A stretch of 64,000 nt of DNA from an uncultured Clostridium sp. (GCA_902492105.1 CABUKD010000004.1:4301-68300), one strand, 5' to 3'. Numbered from the stretch's first letter, positions 1-10,666 are shown. Numbers and translations: made by a program. The notes: generated by a model not told the origin, from the letters alone.

Positions 1-1548
1 ATTGTTAGGATCAACTTCTCCCATTAAACTTGCACTATATGCTACAATGTCTTGATTACGATATAGTCCAATATATGGGACTTCTTTTTGATAAATTTCT
101 AGTATTCTTTTATACTTTTCTTTTTGTAAATTTTCTTCTGTAATATTATTTAATTCTTGCAAAATTTGCTTTATTTCTTCATTCTCGTAATTCGCTAAGT
201 TACTTTCTCCTAAAAAGCCAGAAAGGTCAGGAGAAAGAGATGTATTCACCCCGGTAAGAAGAATTTCATATTGATGGTTGGCAAGATATTTTTGATACTG
301 TGTATCTGATATTTGTTCAATAGAAACTTTAATACCTACATTTTCTAACTCTTTTTTTATTTCTTCTGCTATTTTTACTCTGGTTTCATCACTTTTTCTC
401 ACAGATAAAGTAAAATTAAGTGTTTTTGTTCTGCCTTCAATTTCTTTTTGCCATATTCCATATTCATAGCTCCATCCTGCATTTTCTAAAGTTTCTTTTG
501 CTTTTTCTGTATTGCTTTCTTGCTTTACATTTATCTCATTTAATAAATAGGATTTAGTATCTAATGGGAAATAAGACGCTATTGCTTGGTCTTCTAATAC
601 AGATGCTACAATTTTTTCTTGATTAATGCTAAGGCTAATAGCTTTTCTTACTTCTTGATACTGTAAAATAGTATCCTGGCAATTCATTGCTAAATAATCA
701 TATTCTCTATTTCCATACACTTTTTTGCCATAGCCCATACTTCCAATATATTCTTCTATATTATGATTTGCTGTATGGAAAAAGTCAATATTTCCTAATT
801 TAAACTCATTATATACTTCTCCCATAGTATCATACAAAAATATTTCTATGGTTTTCATATTTTGATTGTTTAAATTACTTTCCCTATAATTATTGTTTCT
901 AGTTAGTTCTATACTATCTTTTGTCATTTTTGTAATTTGATATTTTCCTGTTCCTACAGGAATTTGCGTAGATTTTTCTAAGTCTTGCTTTTTATATTGT
1001 TTTGAAGAAATAATAGGGAAAATTAAATTATATTCATAAAATGGGATTGCCTTATTTAGTTCTATTCTTATGGTATGTTCATCTACAATTTCTACCTTAC
1101 TAATTTCTTTTACATTTTCTATATAAATAGAATTTGTAGTTTTTTGCAATGTTTCTATGGAAAATTTAACATCTTCTGCTGTAAAGTCACTACCATCTTG
1201 CCATTTTACATTTTCTTTTAATTTAACAACATAACTTTTGTCTCCTACTTTTGACCATTCTTGTGCTAAACAAGTAGTAATATGATAGTCCTGGGTAATA
1301 GTAAGTAGTGGTTCAAAAATTAATTGATCTAAATAGAGAATTTCTCGGTTTTGTGTAAGATATGGATGGATATTATCATAGTCTGAAATACCTAATCGCA
1401 TATTGGTAATCATATTTACTGTTTCATAAGTAATTTCTTGGTTTTCTTCTTGTTCCTGAAAAGGATTTTGCAAAAGGAAATAAACTACTCCTGCTATAAT
1501 AAACAAAATAAATAAAATGATTATTATTTTTATAGAGTTTGACTTCAT
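1..1548 (-). CDS. ABC transporter substrate-binding protein, family 5 (oligopeptide/nickel type); C-terminus runs off the window
   Basis: Open minus-strand frame from ATG at 1548-1546 behind AAGGAGAG. N-terminal anchor MKSNSIKIIIILFILFIIAG. SBP_bac_5-like sequence throughout. Absent from the ORF track because it is truncated by the window edge. Confidence 0.65.
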   Translation of the reverse strand, partial: MKSNSIKIIIILFILFIIAGVVYFLLQNPFQEQEENQEITYETVNMITNMRLGISDYDNIHPYLTQNREILYLDQLIFEPLLTITQDYHITTCLAQEWSKVGDKSYVVKLKENVKWQDGSDFTAEDVKFSIETLQKTTNSIYIENVKEISKVEIVDEHTIRIELNKAIPFYEYNLIFPIISSKQYKKQDLEKSTQIPVGTGKYQITKMTKDSIELTRNNNYRESNLNNQNMKTIEIFLYDTMGEVYNEFKLGNIDFFHTANHNIEEYIGSMGYGKKVYGNREYDYLAMNCQDTILQYQEVRKAISLSINQEKIVASVLEDQAIASYFPLDTKSYLLNEINVKQESNTEKAKETLENAGWSYEYGIWQKEIEGRTKTLNFTLSVRKSDETRVKIAEEIKKELENVGIKVSIEQISDTQYQKYLANHQYEILLTGVNTSLSPDLSGFLGESNLANYENEEIKQILQELNNITEENLQKEKYKRILEIYQKEVPYIGLYRNQDIVAYSASLMGEVDPNN

Positions 1549-1801
1549 GTATCTCTCCTTGTAAATATTCCTAGTTGTTTTATTATTGTTGTTATCATAT
1601 ACTATCTTTCCACTTTTTGCAATTATTCATACAAAAAAAGCACAAAAATATTGTTATTTTTGTGCCCTATATAAATATGGTTTACCCATTAAACCTATTT
1701 TTTTACTTTATAACCTAGTATTAATTTTCTTTTTGTTTTTTAGCTTTTAATCTTTTATCTTTTTATCATTTTATCTTGTTTTTATACTTTGATTTTGCCT
1801 A

Positions 1802-2065
1802 CTATTTTCTACTTTCTACAATTAATTTAATACCAGTTCTGTCCTCCCCTTCTACTTCTACTTCTGCAAATGCTGGTATGCATACTAAATCTACTCCTGC
1901 TGGTGCTACAAACCCTCTTGCAATTGCAATAGCCTTTACTGCTTGATTTAATGCTCCTGCCCCAATTGCCTGCATTTCTGCCTTATTTGATTCTTTTACC
2001 AAACCAGCTATTGCTCCTGCTACTGAATTTGGATTTGATTTTGATGAGATTTTTAAAACTTCCAT
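1802..2065 (-). CDS. spoVS: Stage V sporulation protein S
   Basis: 87 aa, MEVLKISSKSNPNSVAGAIAG...GAGALNQAVKAIAIARGF, the characteristic SpoVS sequence. Confidence 0.9.
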   Translation of the reverse strand: MEVLKISSKSNPNSVAGAIAGLVKESNKAEMQAIGAGALNQAVKAIAIARGFVAPAGVDLVCIPAFAEVEVEGEDRTGIKLIVESRK

Positions 2066-2195
2066 TTTTGCCTCCTATAATTTATTTTTTTGTTTCGCGA
2101 ACAATTATATTTATATTATATTTTTCTTTTTTTGTCTAGTATTTTTTGGAAAAAAGTGGAAGTTTTTATCGCCATTTTTTTACATTTTTTGTCAT

Positions 2196-2969
2196 CTATT
2201 TTAAGAAAATTCTTTCTATTTCACAAATGTGACCATTTTCTTCATTTAATTCAAAAATACATCCATTAAAAATACATTCGCCTTCTGCTAATTTGTACCT
2301 CTCTGGAAGAGAAGTTAAAAATCTTTTTACAGAAGCCTCTACTTCCATACCTATTACAGAAGTTTTTGGACCTGTCATACCTAAATCTGTAATATAGCCC
2401 ATTCCTTTTTGTGTGATTTCTTCATCTGCAGTTTGCACATGGGTGTGAGTTCCTACTAAAATAGAAACTTTTCCATCTAAAAAATATTTCATAGCAATTT
2501 TTTCAGCAGTAGCTTCTGCATGGAAATCTACCACAAAAAAATCTACCTCTGATTTTATTTTTTCTATTAATTCATCTACTACTGTAAAAGGATTTTCAGA
2601 TAAAACATTCATATCTGTTCTACCAATTAGATTTATAACTGCTATTTTTTTGTTATTGCACTCATAAACTCCATATCCTTTACCTACCACACCTTTTGAG
2701 TAATTTGCCGGTCTAATTAGTTTTGGATGATCTATAAAAGTAAAAATATCTTTTTTAGCCCAAGTATGATTTCCCATAGTTACACAGTCAAGAGGTAGTT
2801 TTAATAACTCGTTCCATGTTTTAAAAGTAAGTCCCATTCCTCCTGCTGCATTTTCTCCATTGACTACTACAAAATCAATATTTTTTTCTGCTTTTAGCTT
2901 TGGCAATATTTGTTTTACTTTATCTAAGCCATTTTCTCCTATAATATCTCCAACCATTAATATTTTCAT
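2196..2969 (-). CDS. ymdB: YmdB-family metallophosphoesterase (2',3'-cyclic-nucleotide phosphodiesterase)
   Basis: MKILMVGDIIG...VVNGENAAGG...GNHTW...DFHAEATAEK...GTHTHVQTAD motifs. Start moved to the internal MKIL; the 8-codon upstream extension looks non-coding. Confidence 0.85.
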   Translation of the reverse strand: MKILMVGDIIGENGLDKVKQILPKLKAEKNIDFVVVNGENAAGGMGLTFKTWNELLKLPLDCVTMGNHTWAKKDIFTFIDHPKLIRPANYSKGVVGKGYGVYECNNKKIAVINLIGRTDMNVLSENPFTVVDELIEKIKSEVDFFVVDFHAEATAEKIAMKYFLDGKVSILVGTHTHVQTADEEITQKGMGYITDLGMTGPKTSVIGMEVEASVKRFLTSLPERYKLAEGECIFNGCIFELNEENGHICEIERIFLK

Positions 2970-3280
2970 TTGTTGCTTCCGTCCTCGTATCATATATTTA
3001 GGTTTTTTTAAAGGCTACCTATAAACCTTTTTATTATCATACTATAAAATTTTTAAATGGTCAATTGCTTGTTACAAGCATTACTAATAATTATCTTTTT
3101 GTTTAAAATTATTGTTACAATTATAAGTTGTAAATAATCATTATTCTAAGATTGAAAAATTCTGCAAAAAAGCTAGATTTTTTATAAAAAATATTATAAA
3201 ATAAAAAAGGTGACTTTCTCATATGCACATGATTGTTTTACAATCCGCATAGTGCATTGAGTACCATTAATAAAACACAT

Positions 3281-3365
3281 GCGAATATGCTGGAACTGGC
3301 AGACAGGCACGTTTGAGGGGCGTGTGCTTTATAGCGTGTGGGTTCAAGTCCCACTATTCGCACCA
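3281..3365 (+). tRNA. tRNA-Leu (anticodon GAG), class II with long variable arm, CCA encoded
   Basis: Hand-folded. Acceptor GCGAATA/TATTCGC, 3-bp D stem, anticodon stem CACGT/GCGTG with loop TTGAGGG, variable arm GCT-TTAT-AGC, T arm GTGGG-TTCAAGT-CCCAC. Confidence 0.85.
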
Positions 3366-3369
3366 AAAA

Positions 3370-3398
3370 TTGTCAAAAATCTCCGTCCCCATTGACAA
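3370..3398 (+). repeat. GTCCC-family repeat, type C copy 1 (TTGTCAAAAATCTCCGTCCCCATTGACAA)
   Basis: Same about 29-nt unit recurs at 33241-33289 and, inverted, at 50342-50380. 7-bp inverted repeat TTGTCAA/TTGACAA around CTCCGTCCCCA. Confidence 0.8.
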
Positions 3399-3401
3399 AA
3401 G

Positions 3402-3431
3402 AAAAAGCCCTAATTAGGGGCTTTTTCTTTT
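3402..3431. terminator. Bidirectional rho-independent terminator
   Basis: AAAAAGCCC-TAATTA-GGGGCTTTTTCTTTT hairpin with A/T runs on both sides, between tRNA-Leu and the convergent ORF 3463-4029. Confidence 0.6.
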
Positions 3432-3462
3432 GGAATTCTAATTTCATTTTTCAGAACCAAAA

Positions 3463-4029
3463 CTAAATGTTGTACAAATACAACAACTGAAGTAAATTTG
3501 AAAACTGCATCGCGGAAAAGTAACGGTTGTTTAGATAGTCCCTTGCCATAGCTTCAAGAATTCTCTGTTTTAAAGGTGAATTTTCAATGGTTCCCCTTGG
3601 AACCGTAATACCTTTAAGCTTTGGCTGTTCCAAAGCCATCCATGTTCCATTTTCATCTTTTTTAAAGGTCACAGGCTCTTTAATCATCTCACAGGCAACT
3701 GTGAATGCGATGTCAAAGTTTAGAAAAAGTACTTCCTTTGGTATATCTTCATCAAGCTTAAAACTAACTACTCTTTCTTGAATTAATGCCTTACACATGC
3801 AGGATGCTCTTATGAATGTATCTGCCGGTCCTACGATATCATGTTGATGAATATACTCCATTGTTTGATAATAACAAGCAAGATAATTATCTCCTTGGAT
3901 GCCTTGCAATATGGTTACATTGTACTTTTTCCGCACATCATCGTCAAGTTCTAATACTTTTTGTTCGGCAATGCCTTTTACAACTTCGTCAATATTTTCT
4001 TCCACAGGTCTAAGATATTTCATTTCCAT
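3463..4029 (-). CDS. Hypothetical protein (188 aa), compositionally GC-richer than its neighbours
   Basis: Long ORF with no family recognised by eye. Contains one of the very few in-frame CGG codons in the window (3931-3933). Adjacent to a tRNA gene. Confidence 0.5.
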   Translation of the reverse strand: MEMKYLRPVEENIDEVVKGIAEQKVLELDDDVRKKYNVTILQGIQGDNYLACYYQTMEYIHQHDIVGPADTFIRASCMCKALIQERVVSFKLDEDIPKEVLFLNFDIAFTVACEMIKEPVTFKKDENGTWMALEQPKLKGITVPRGTIENSPLKQRILEAMARDYLNNRYFSAMQFSNLLQLLYLYNI

Positions 4030-4327
4030 TATGTTTCCTCCACTCTAAAGTTTTATTGTGAATTTCTACAAAGGGAATCTTCCCTACTCATTTTTTAATT
4101 ATACCTCATTTTTCCAGAAATTGCAAATCTATTTAGTTTTTCTAGAATTATTCATCAAAATGATACAATTTCTACTGTAATTATGATGCAAATTTTTATT
4201 TATAAAAATCAAATTTACTCTAGGCATTGTATTTTTTCTATTTTATATGTTATACTAGATTTTGTTAATATAAGTTAGTAGTTTTTAATATACTAAAATC
4301 CATAACACAGAAAGGAATAATGTAAAA

Positions 4328-4897
4328 ATGAAAGAAGAATTTTTAAATTTATTAAAATCGGTACAAAGAGAAGGCATAGAAAAATTAATTACTTATTTAG
4401 AAAAAACTGACTTTTTTAAGGCTCCAGCAAGTACCAGATTTCATGGCAATTATGAAGGTGGTTTGTTGGAACATAGTTTAAATGTCTATCACCTTTTAAA
4501 GGAAAAAGTATCACAAAAGCCATATTCAGAAGTTATTTCAGCTTCTGATGATACCATTATTTTAATTACTCTTTTACATGATATTTGTAAAACTAATTAT
4601 TATACTGTAGATTATCGTAATAAGAAAAATGCAGATGGTGTTTGGGTAAAAGAGCCATACTATACAACAAATGATACCATTCCTTATGGTCATGGTGAAA
4701 AATCTGTTATGATGATTAGTAAATTTATAGATTTAACCATGGAAGAAATGTATGCAATCCGTTGGCATATGGGATTTACAGAACCTAAAGAATTTTATAA
4801 TATGATTGGAAATGCTTACGAAAAATATCCTTTGGCTTTAGCTTTACATGAAGCAGATTTAGAGGCTACTTATTTCTTAGAATCTAAAAATAGTTAG
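4328..4897 (+). CDS. HD-domain phosphohydrolase
   Basis: ...STRFHGNYEGGLLEHSLNV...LLHDICK..., an H...HD metal-binding signature. Confidence 0.8.
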   Translation: MKEEFLNLLKSVQREGIEKLITYLEKTDFFKAPASTRFHGNYEGGLLEHSLNVYHLLKEKVSQKPYSEVISASDDTIILITLLHDICKTNYYTVDYRNKKNADGVWVKEPYYTTNDTIPYGHGEKSVMMISKFIDLTMEEMYAIRWHMGFTEPKEFYNMIGNAYEKYPLALALHEADLEATYFLESKNS

Positions 4898-5053
4898 AAA
4901 TTTAGAATAATAGCCAAATTATAACAATTATAGAAAAATACTAATAAATATAAAAAACAATTAATAAATATTAATATTTATTAAAAAGTAATAAGGTTTA
5001 ACTGTCATAATAAAACATGAAAAATATTAAATGAATAAAGGATGTAACCTTAA

Positions 5054-6023
5054 ATGAAATTAATTTATAAAGTTCCTAAAACAAATCATTATCAAAATGT
5101 AAAAGAAGTTTTGAAGGCAGAATTTCAAATGTCTGATAGACTTCTTTTAAAGCTGAAAAAACTTCAAAAAATTTATTTAAATCAAAATATAGTATATGTG
5201 CACCATGCAATTTTGCCAGGAGATATGATTACTTGTGATTTAGATGATGAAGAAGATAATTCTATCATTGTTCCTATCAACATGCCTCTTTCTATTTTAT
5301 ATGAAGATGAAGCTTATTTGATTATAAATAAACCTGCTGGGATTCCTGTTCATCCTTCTATGGAACATTATACAGACAGCTTATCTAATGGTATACGTGC
5401 CTATTTTGATCAAATTAGCTTAAGGAAAAAAATAAGACCTGTAAATCGCTTAGATAAAGATACTTCCGGTATTGTGGTATTTGCCAAAAATGAATATGTT
5501 CAAGAAGCTTTGGTGAGACAAATGCAAAATCATCTTTTTCAAAAAGAATATATTGCTATTATTAGTGGTAAATTAGAAAAAAGTAAGCGGAACTATTTCT
5601 TTGCCAATTGCTAGAGAACAAAATAGTATTATAAAACGTTGTGTTGCAGAAAATGGTGCTAGAGCTATTACCCATTATGAAGTAATAAATCGCAACTCTG
5701 AAATATTTAATAATTTGCGAAATACACAAATTCATGCTAAAATACTACAAAATGTTGGTACTGCCAATCGCAATTTAGAAATTACAGAAGATTTTGAAAT
5801 AGTAAAATGCTTATTAGAAACCGGAAGAACTCATCAGATTCGTGTTCACTTTGCTGCTATTGGTCATCCTTTATTAGGGGATACACTTTATGGTTCTGCT
5901 TCTTCTCTTATTGCAAGGCAAGCGCTACACGCTTATCGAGTAACCTTTTTTCATCCTATTAGCAAGAAAAAGGTTTGCTATGTAGCGCCTATTCCAGATG
6001 ACTTTAATGCGTTTTTTTCATAA
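5054..6023 (+). CDS. RluA/RluD-family 23S rRNA pseudouridine synthase, reading frame interrupted (+1) at 5588-5591
   Basis: ORF 5054-5614 carries the S4-like N-terminus, PAGIPVHPS and RLDKDTSGIVVFAK. It continues in ORF 5601-6023 with GTISLPIAR and TGRTHQIRVH. The junction is AAG CGG A -> AAG (C) GGA ACT, and an A6 run 6 nt upstream is an alternative error site. Confidence 0.8.
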
Positions 6024-6025
6024 AA

Positions 6026-6236
6026 GAAGCTGTTCTAAAATATCATAATATATAGCAAAAGTATAATAATTGTCTTTTGAGATTTTAAGCCTTGCGTGGG
6101 CGACCATTGTGACAGCTGTTCGAGGCATTTATGCCGAGTTACAGATGTCCAAAAGGGGAAAGGTTTTAAAAATCGATAAAGACAATTATTATACTTTTAT
6201 AGAAATAAGAGATTTGTTCTTTTTTAGAACAGCTTC
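6026..6236. repeat. Foldback element copy 1: outer IR GAAGCTGTTCTAAAA/TTTTAGAACAGCTTC, inner 18-bp IR 6060-6077/6178-6195, 100-bp GC-richer core
   Basis: Paralog at 20081-20290 has collinear arms but the core in reverse complement. Lies between the rluD-like stop and the 3' end of rnpB. Confidence 0.85.
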
Positions 6237-6250
6237 TTTTCATATATATA

Positions 6251-6599
6251 ATAGTAAATCTATAAGCCGGGTTCTGTCTAGGATAGTCATTTATCTAGAA
6301 TTTATATTACTATAAATTTCATGCCACCAAATTAGAAGATGACGAGTAGTCTTAGCCTTCTGCTTTCGGTGTTGCTCCAGATGGGGTTTACACTGCCTAG
6401 TATGTCACCATACTAGCGGTAGGCTCTTACCCTGCCTTTTCACCCTTACCTAAAATTTTAGGCGGTTATTTTCTGTTGCACTTTCCTTAAGGTTGCCCTC
6501 ACTGGACGTTATCCAGCATCCTTACTCTATGGAGCCCGGACTTTCCTCGTACGCTGCCTTTCGACCTTGCTATACGCGACTATCCAACTTACTACTATT
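6251..6599 (-). ncRNA. rnpB: RNase P RNA
   Basis: The minus strand reads ...GAGGAAAGTCCGGGCTCCATAGAG... (P4 5' strand) and ...ACAGAACCCGGCTTATAG (P4 3' strand). P1 pairs ATAGTA/TACTAT at the ends. Ends approximate. Confidence 0.85.
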
Positions 6600-6718
6600 T
6601 TATTCTAACATGTTTTCTAAAAAAAAGCAAACACTGTTATCGTAACCCCTAAAATTGCTTTTTTATTATAATCTAAAAGGATATCCTGTTGGACATTCTT
6701 TTGTTTCATTTTTATAAT

Positions 6719-6766
6719 GAAGTGTCCCAAGTGACCCCTTTAGGGGCCACTAAGAACCGTCCCTAA
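6719..6766 (+). repeat. GTCCC-family repeat, type A copy 1
   Basis: GAAGTGTCCCAAGTGACCCC-TTTA-GGGGCCACTAAGAACCGTCCCTAAAG. Its end supplies the TAG stop of ORF 6763-7710. Confidence 0.8.
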
Positions 6767-7710
6767 AGTAGTGCCATTTTTGGAATTAAGTTTTGAAATT
6801 GAATATAAAAAATATCCTTATCTTGTAGGGTAACTGCACTTTTTAGTTCATTTAATAAAATATAGCATTGATTTTTTACAGTTTGGTTTTGATTTTCACT
6901 TGTATTTACTGTATTTAACAAATTGGCAAAATCATTTTCTGCTTGTGTTAACTCTTTGCTAGCTTCTTCCCATTTTGCATTTGTTACATTTGTATATGCT
7001 TGTATGGTATAATTTTGAATTGTCATTAGCTTTGTTTCTTCACTATCTGGTTCATACTGTTTTTTATAATCTAATAATAAGCCATATAGTTTTGTAACAT
7101 CATTCATTGCATCTTCCTTTTGTTTGTTTTTGATATTTTGTGTTGCAGTATTTAAAAAATTGCTAAATGATAAAATAGAATTTCCCTCTATATTTAATGC
7201 ATGTAAATCTATTGTAACAGTATTCCAGGTCTGGTAAAGATGTTCTATTTGTAGTTCTATTTTACTCCAATTCGTGGAATATTTTCCATCTTTTGCTAAA
7301 ATACTATCAGCTGAACTAGATTGTCCATTTTGATTTACTGTATTATCTTCAACATTTCCTTGTGAAGTATTCGTATTTTCGTTAGAAGAACTTTGTATTT
7401 CTTCTGTAGGACTAACTGTTCCTTCCTGTTGTGTGTTAGCACTCTGTTTTGTTTCTGCTTGTTGTTCTTCACTTGTTGTTTTATCAGATTTTAATTGAAT
7501 TGTATTTTCTTGTATAGAAAGAGAATTAAAATCTCCTAAAATAGATATTAAATAATTTTCTAAATAATTAATTTCTTCTGTTACTTTTGTTTGCAGTGTT
7601 AGTTTTCCTTCTTCATTTTTAGCATAAACAATAAAAGATCCTATTAGGCATGCTATAATTACAAAAGTAAGTATTAAAATAATAATATTTTTTTTCACAG
7701 TTTTCTTCAC
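6763..7710 (-). CDS. Hypothetical membrane-anchored protein (315 aa)
   Basis: N-terminal TM segment IIILILTFVIIACLIGSFIVY, then a low-complexity S/T/N/Q-rich region. No family recognised. Confidence 0.5.
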   Translation of the reverse strand: MKKTVKKNIIILILTFVIIACLIGSFIVYAKNEEGKLTLQTKVTEEINYLENYLISILGDFNSLSIQENTIQLKSDKTTSEEQQAETKQSANTQQEGTVSPTEEIQSSSNENTNTSQGNVEDNTVNQNGQSSSADSILAKDGKYSTNWSKIELQIEHLYQTWNTVTIDLHALNIEGNSILSFSNFLNTATQNIKNKQKEDAMNDVTKLYGLLLDYKKQYEPDSEETKLMTIQNYTIQAYTNVTNAKWEEASKELTQAENDFANLLNTVNTSENQNQTVKNQCYILLNELKSAVTLQDKDIFYIQFQNLIPKMALL

Positions 7711-7953
7711 AATTCCTTTCTTTGCTTTAACGTTATATAGAACACTAAAATTATCCTATACATCTATATAAAATATCTAAAATTGAATCACTGTTTTCAA
7801 TTCTTTATTTTTATACTACCCCAAAAAATTACCTTTTATTCTCATGTATAAATATTTTTATTTTATGTATACTACTAATAAGAAAAATGGAAAATTTATT
7901 TTGGTATAAAAAGGAAAGAAGAACTGTTTAATACAATTCTATTGGTAAAAAAT

Positions 7954-8238
7954 ATGAATGCTATTGTAAAATTATATAGTGATAAAAGTGGAGAAATTTT
8001 TAGATTTTTAAATCATTTTCAAAAAAAACCTCTTGAAAAAATAGAGAATCATTTATTATGGCAAAAAGAATATGAAAATCCTATTGAAATTGCAGATATT
8101 ATTGGTGCTTATATAGAAAATAAAGAAGAATATAAAATGAACATGTGGGTTAGCTTAGATAAGGACTTATTTATTAATATTACTCCCAATAATGCAGATG
8201 AGGTTATTCGTTATTTATATGAGCGCTATCCTTATTAA
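7954..8238 (+). CDS. Small hypothetical protein
   Basis: ORF 7942-8238, with the likely start at the MNAIVKLY methionine. No family recognised. Confidence 0.35.
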   Translation: MNAIVKLYSDKSGEIFRFLNHFQKKPLEKIENHLLWQKEYENPIEIADIIGAYIENKEEYKMNMWVSLDKDLFINITPNNADEVIRYLYERYPY

Positions 8239-8684
8239 TTTTTTTCTAATATAATAGTTACCGGTCCATCATTTTGCAATATTACTTGCATTTCTGCTCC
8301 AAATTTACCTGTATCTACTTTTTTAATATTTTGTTTTTTACATTGCTCTACAAAATATTCATATAAAGCATTTGCCATGTTTGGTTCTGCTGCTCCAATA
8401 AAACTTGGTCTATTTCCATGATTGCAATCTGCATATAAAGTAAATTGAGAAACAATTAAAAGTTCTCCATCTATATCTTGAATAGATAAATTCATTTTTT
8501 GATTTTCATCTTCAAATACTCTTAGTTTAATTAGTTTTTGAACTAAAAAATCTGCAATCTCTTTAGTATCTGTTGGGGCAACACCTAACAAAACCATAAA
8601 ACCTTTTTCAATTTCACCTATTACGTTTCCTTCTACTACTACTTTTGCATTTTTTACTCTTTGTACTACTAATTTCATATTCAT
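8235..8684 (-). CDS. dtd: D-aminoacyl-tRNA deacylase
   Basis: [13 protein letters not shown]...GFMVLLGV...[17 protein letters not shown]..., the canonical Dtd sequence, 149 aa. Confidence 0.9.
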   Translation of the reverse strand: MNMKLVVQRVKNAKVVVEGNVIGEIEKGFMVLLGVAPTDTKEIADFLVQKLIKLRVFEDENQKMNLSIQDIDGELLIVSQFTLYADCNHGNRPSFIGAAEPNMANALYEYFVEQCKKQNIKKVDTGKFGAEMQVILQNDGPVTIILEKN

Positions 8685-8850
8685 TCCTCACATTTATTTT
8701 ACTTTTTTTATTTAAAATACTATTTGTTCTGTTGTTTTATATAGTCATTTGTAAGTAATTTAGCCCATTATCATTAACCGCCATTTATAATTATTTTAAC
8801 TTATTTTATTTATATTTACATACTATCTAGCTAGTATATTAATTCATATA

Positions 8851-9354
8851 CTAATTTTCAACATTATTATTTGCATTATTTGCATTATTTTCGTTATTTT
8901 CGTTATTTTTGTTATAAGAATTAGTTAGCAAACTATCTTCTGTGTCTGTTGTCTCTAAGGTAGGTTTTGCTGTACTTTTCATTGTTTCTTGTTGTTCAAA
9001 ACCACAATTAGGACAATAACGAAATTCCAAGTCAATTTCGCTATGACAATTTTTACATTGTTTCAAATCCTTTAAGTTTAAAAGTTGCATACGATAATCT
9101 TCTACTTCATTGGCAAGTACATCGATCATAGAACAGTCATTGTCAAAATCTTTTTGCATATCTATATTTTCTTTTAGTAAATATTTTTCATATACTTTCT
9201 TTCCTATTTTCTCGTACAAATCATTAATTTGTGATTTATTGTCAGCCATATTTGCTTTTAGTTTAATTTCACGTGTAATTCTATTTGTTGCCTCTGCTGC
9301 ATTACGATAAGTCTGCATAGCTGTTTTACTTAATTTATTCATTACATTTTCCAT
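8851..9354 (-). CDS. Zinc-ribbon domain protein
   Basis: CKNCHSEIDLEFRYCPNCG zinc ribbon and an N/E-rich tail. Start set at MENVMNK behind GAGGA. Confidence 0.5.
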   Translation of the reverse strand: MENVMNKLSKTAMQTYRNAAEATNRITREIKLKANMADNKSQINDLYEKIGKKVYEKYLLKENIDMQKDFDNDCSMIDVLANEVEDYRMQLLNLKDLKQCKNCHSEIDLEFRYCPNCGFEQQETMKSTAKPTLETTDTEDSLLTNSYNKNNENNENNANNANNNVEN

Positions 9355-9613
9355 AACATTTTCCTCATAATATATACTTATTAAATTCAATAAGTATATC
9401 TTCCTTTCTATATATCTTTATCTATATTATCTTTTAATTATTAGATAGTCAAAGGAAAAAATCCTACAAGATAATATATATTTAAGAATTAAAAACTAAT
9501 TACATAACTTTTTAATAATTCCTTTTATTATTATGAAGAAAAAAATAAAAAATATACAAAAATCTATTTATATTTTTCAATTTTTGATACCTTTTATTTT
9601 CTTATTTTTTAAT

Positions 9614-10600
9614 TTACTCACACTTTTTTTCACGAGTCATTAATTTGGTAACTGCTTCCATTGGCTTTAAATTGTGATATAGAACATCATATACTGTATT
9701 TACAATTGGCATTTCAATGTTATATTTTTTTGCAAGCTCATAGGCAACTTCAATATTATCTATACTTTCAATAGTCATACCCACTTCTTTTTTAGTTTCT
9801 TCTATGCTAAGACCTCTACCAATACATTTACCTGCTTTTCTATTTCTACTATGCTCACTAAGACAAGTAACAATTAAATCTCCTAAACCTGATAATCCAT
9901 AAAAAGTATTGTGTTCACCACCCATGGCTACACCTAATCTAGAAAGCTCTGTTAATCCTCTAGTAATTAAGGCCGCGAAGGTATTATCTCCTAAATTTAA
10001 TTCTGCAATAATACCAGCGCAAAAAGCAATAATATTTTTTAAAGCTCCACCAAGTTCTACCCCTTCTACATCATTAGAAGTATATACTCTTAAATTTTCA
10101 TTCATAAGAGTATCTTGCACTTGGTATTGCACATCTTCATCTTTAGAAGCAATTACAATTGCTGTAGGTATATCAATACAAACTTCTTCTGCATGACTTG
10201 GACCAGAAAGAGCTCCTATTTTTACATTTGGAATTTCTTCTTCTGCCACTTTGCTTAAAGTAGATAAAGTTTCTTGTTCAAAACCCTTAGAGCAGATAAT
10301 AACAGGTTGAGTTGTAATATAGTCTTTATACTGCTTTAAAGTACTTCTAAAAAATCTAGAGGGTGTAACATGTAAAATTAGATCGGTATTTTCTACTGCT
10401 TCTTGAATATTGGTAGTACATACTATATTATCTGGCATAATTGCCATTGGTAAAAATTTGCATTTTCTTTTTTGATTAATAATATCTGCTTCTTCTTGTA
10501 AAAAAGACCAAATTTTTACTTCATGTCCCATTTTAGCAGCATGAATTGCTAAAGCACAACCCCAACTACCACTGCCAATAATTGCAATTTTTCTTTTCAT
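9614..10600 (-). CDS. gpsA: NAD(P)H-dependent glycerol-3-phosphate dehydrogenase
   Basis: MKRKIAIIGSGSWGCALA...LSGPSHAEEV...GALKNIIA... Confidence 0.9.
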   Translation of the reverse strand: MKRKIAIIGSGSWGCALAIHAAKMGHEVKIWSFLQEEADIINQKRKCKFLPMAIMPDNIVCTTNIQEAVENTDLILHVTPSRFFRSTLKQYKDYITTQPVIICSKGFEQETLSTLSKVAEEEIPNVKIGALSGPSHAEEVCIDIPTAIVIASKDEDVQYQVQDTLMNENLRVYTSNDVEGVELGGALKNIIAFCAGIIAELNLGDNTFAALITRGLTELSRLGVAMGGEHNTFYGLSGLGDLIVTCLSEHSRNRKAGKCIGRGLSIEETKKEVGMTIESIDNIEVAYELAKKYNIEMPIVNTVYDVLYHNLKPMEAVTKLMTREKKCE

Positions 10601-10612
10601 TTTTTCTCCTTT

Positions 10613-10666
10613 CAGCCATTTGGGACGTTCCTTTTTGGCTGAAAATCAGCCAAAAGGGACACTCCT
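10613..10666 (-). repeat. GTCCC-family repeat, type B copy 1 (inverted relative to copy 2)
   Basis: CAGCCATTTGGGACGTTCCTTTTTGGCTGAAAATCAGCCAAAAGGGACACTCC. Ends about 12 nt upstream of the gpsA ATG, directly abutting its GGAG Shine-Dalgarno. Confidence 0.8.

Noticed and set aside
2970-2993. N-terminal extension of ymdB containing an in-frame CGG (2981-2979)
   Set aside because: YmdB homologs start at MKIL.... The upstream 8 codons overlap the likely ribosome-binding region, so this was not counted as a genuine coding CGG.
5577-5582. A6 homopolymer as the cause of the rluD-like frameshift
   Set aside because: This is not fully rejected. Deleting one A also restores a frame (..LEKVSGTISLPIAR). 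It is kept as an alternative only, because the other two breaks have no homopolymer and share the CGG-A site with this one.
6078-6177. Foldback core as SRP (4.5S) or 6S RNA
   Set aside because: AAGCAGC and a symmetric internal loop vaguely recall SRP helix 8, and the long bulged hairpin recalls 6S. However, the conserved GGAA tetraloop and GNAR context are absent. The element also exists in two copies, in opposite orientation, inside palindromic arms. The support for either family is too weak.
6070-6315. 81-aa plus-strand ORF in the track
   Set aside because: It runs through the core and right arm of foldback element 1 and into the 3' end of the RNase P RNA gene. It has no Shine-Dalgarno and its composition is non-protein-like, so it is most likely spurious.
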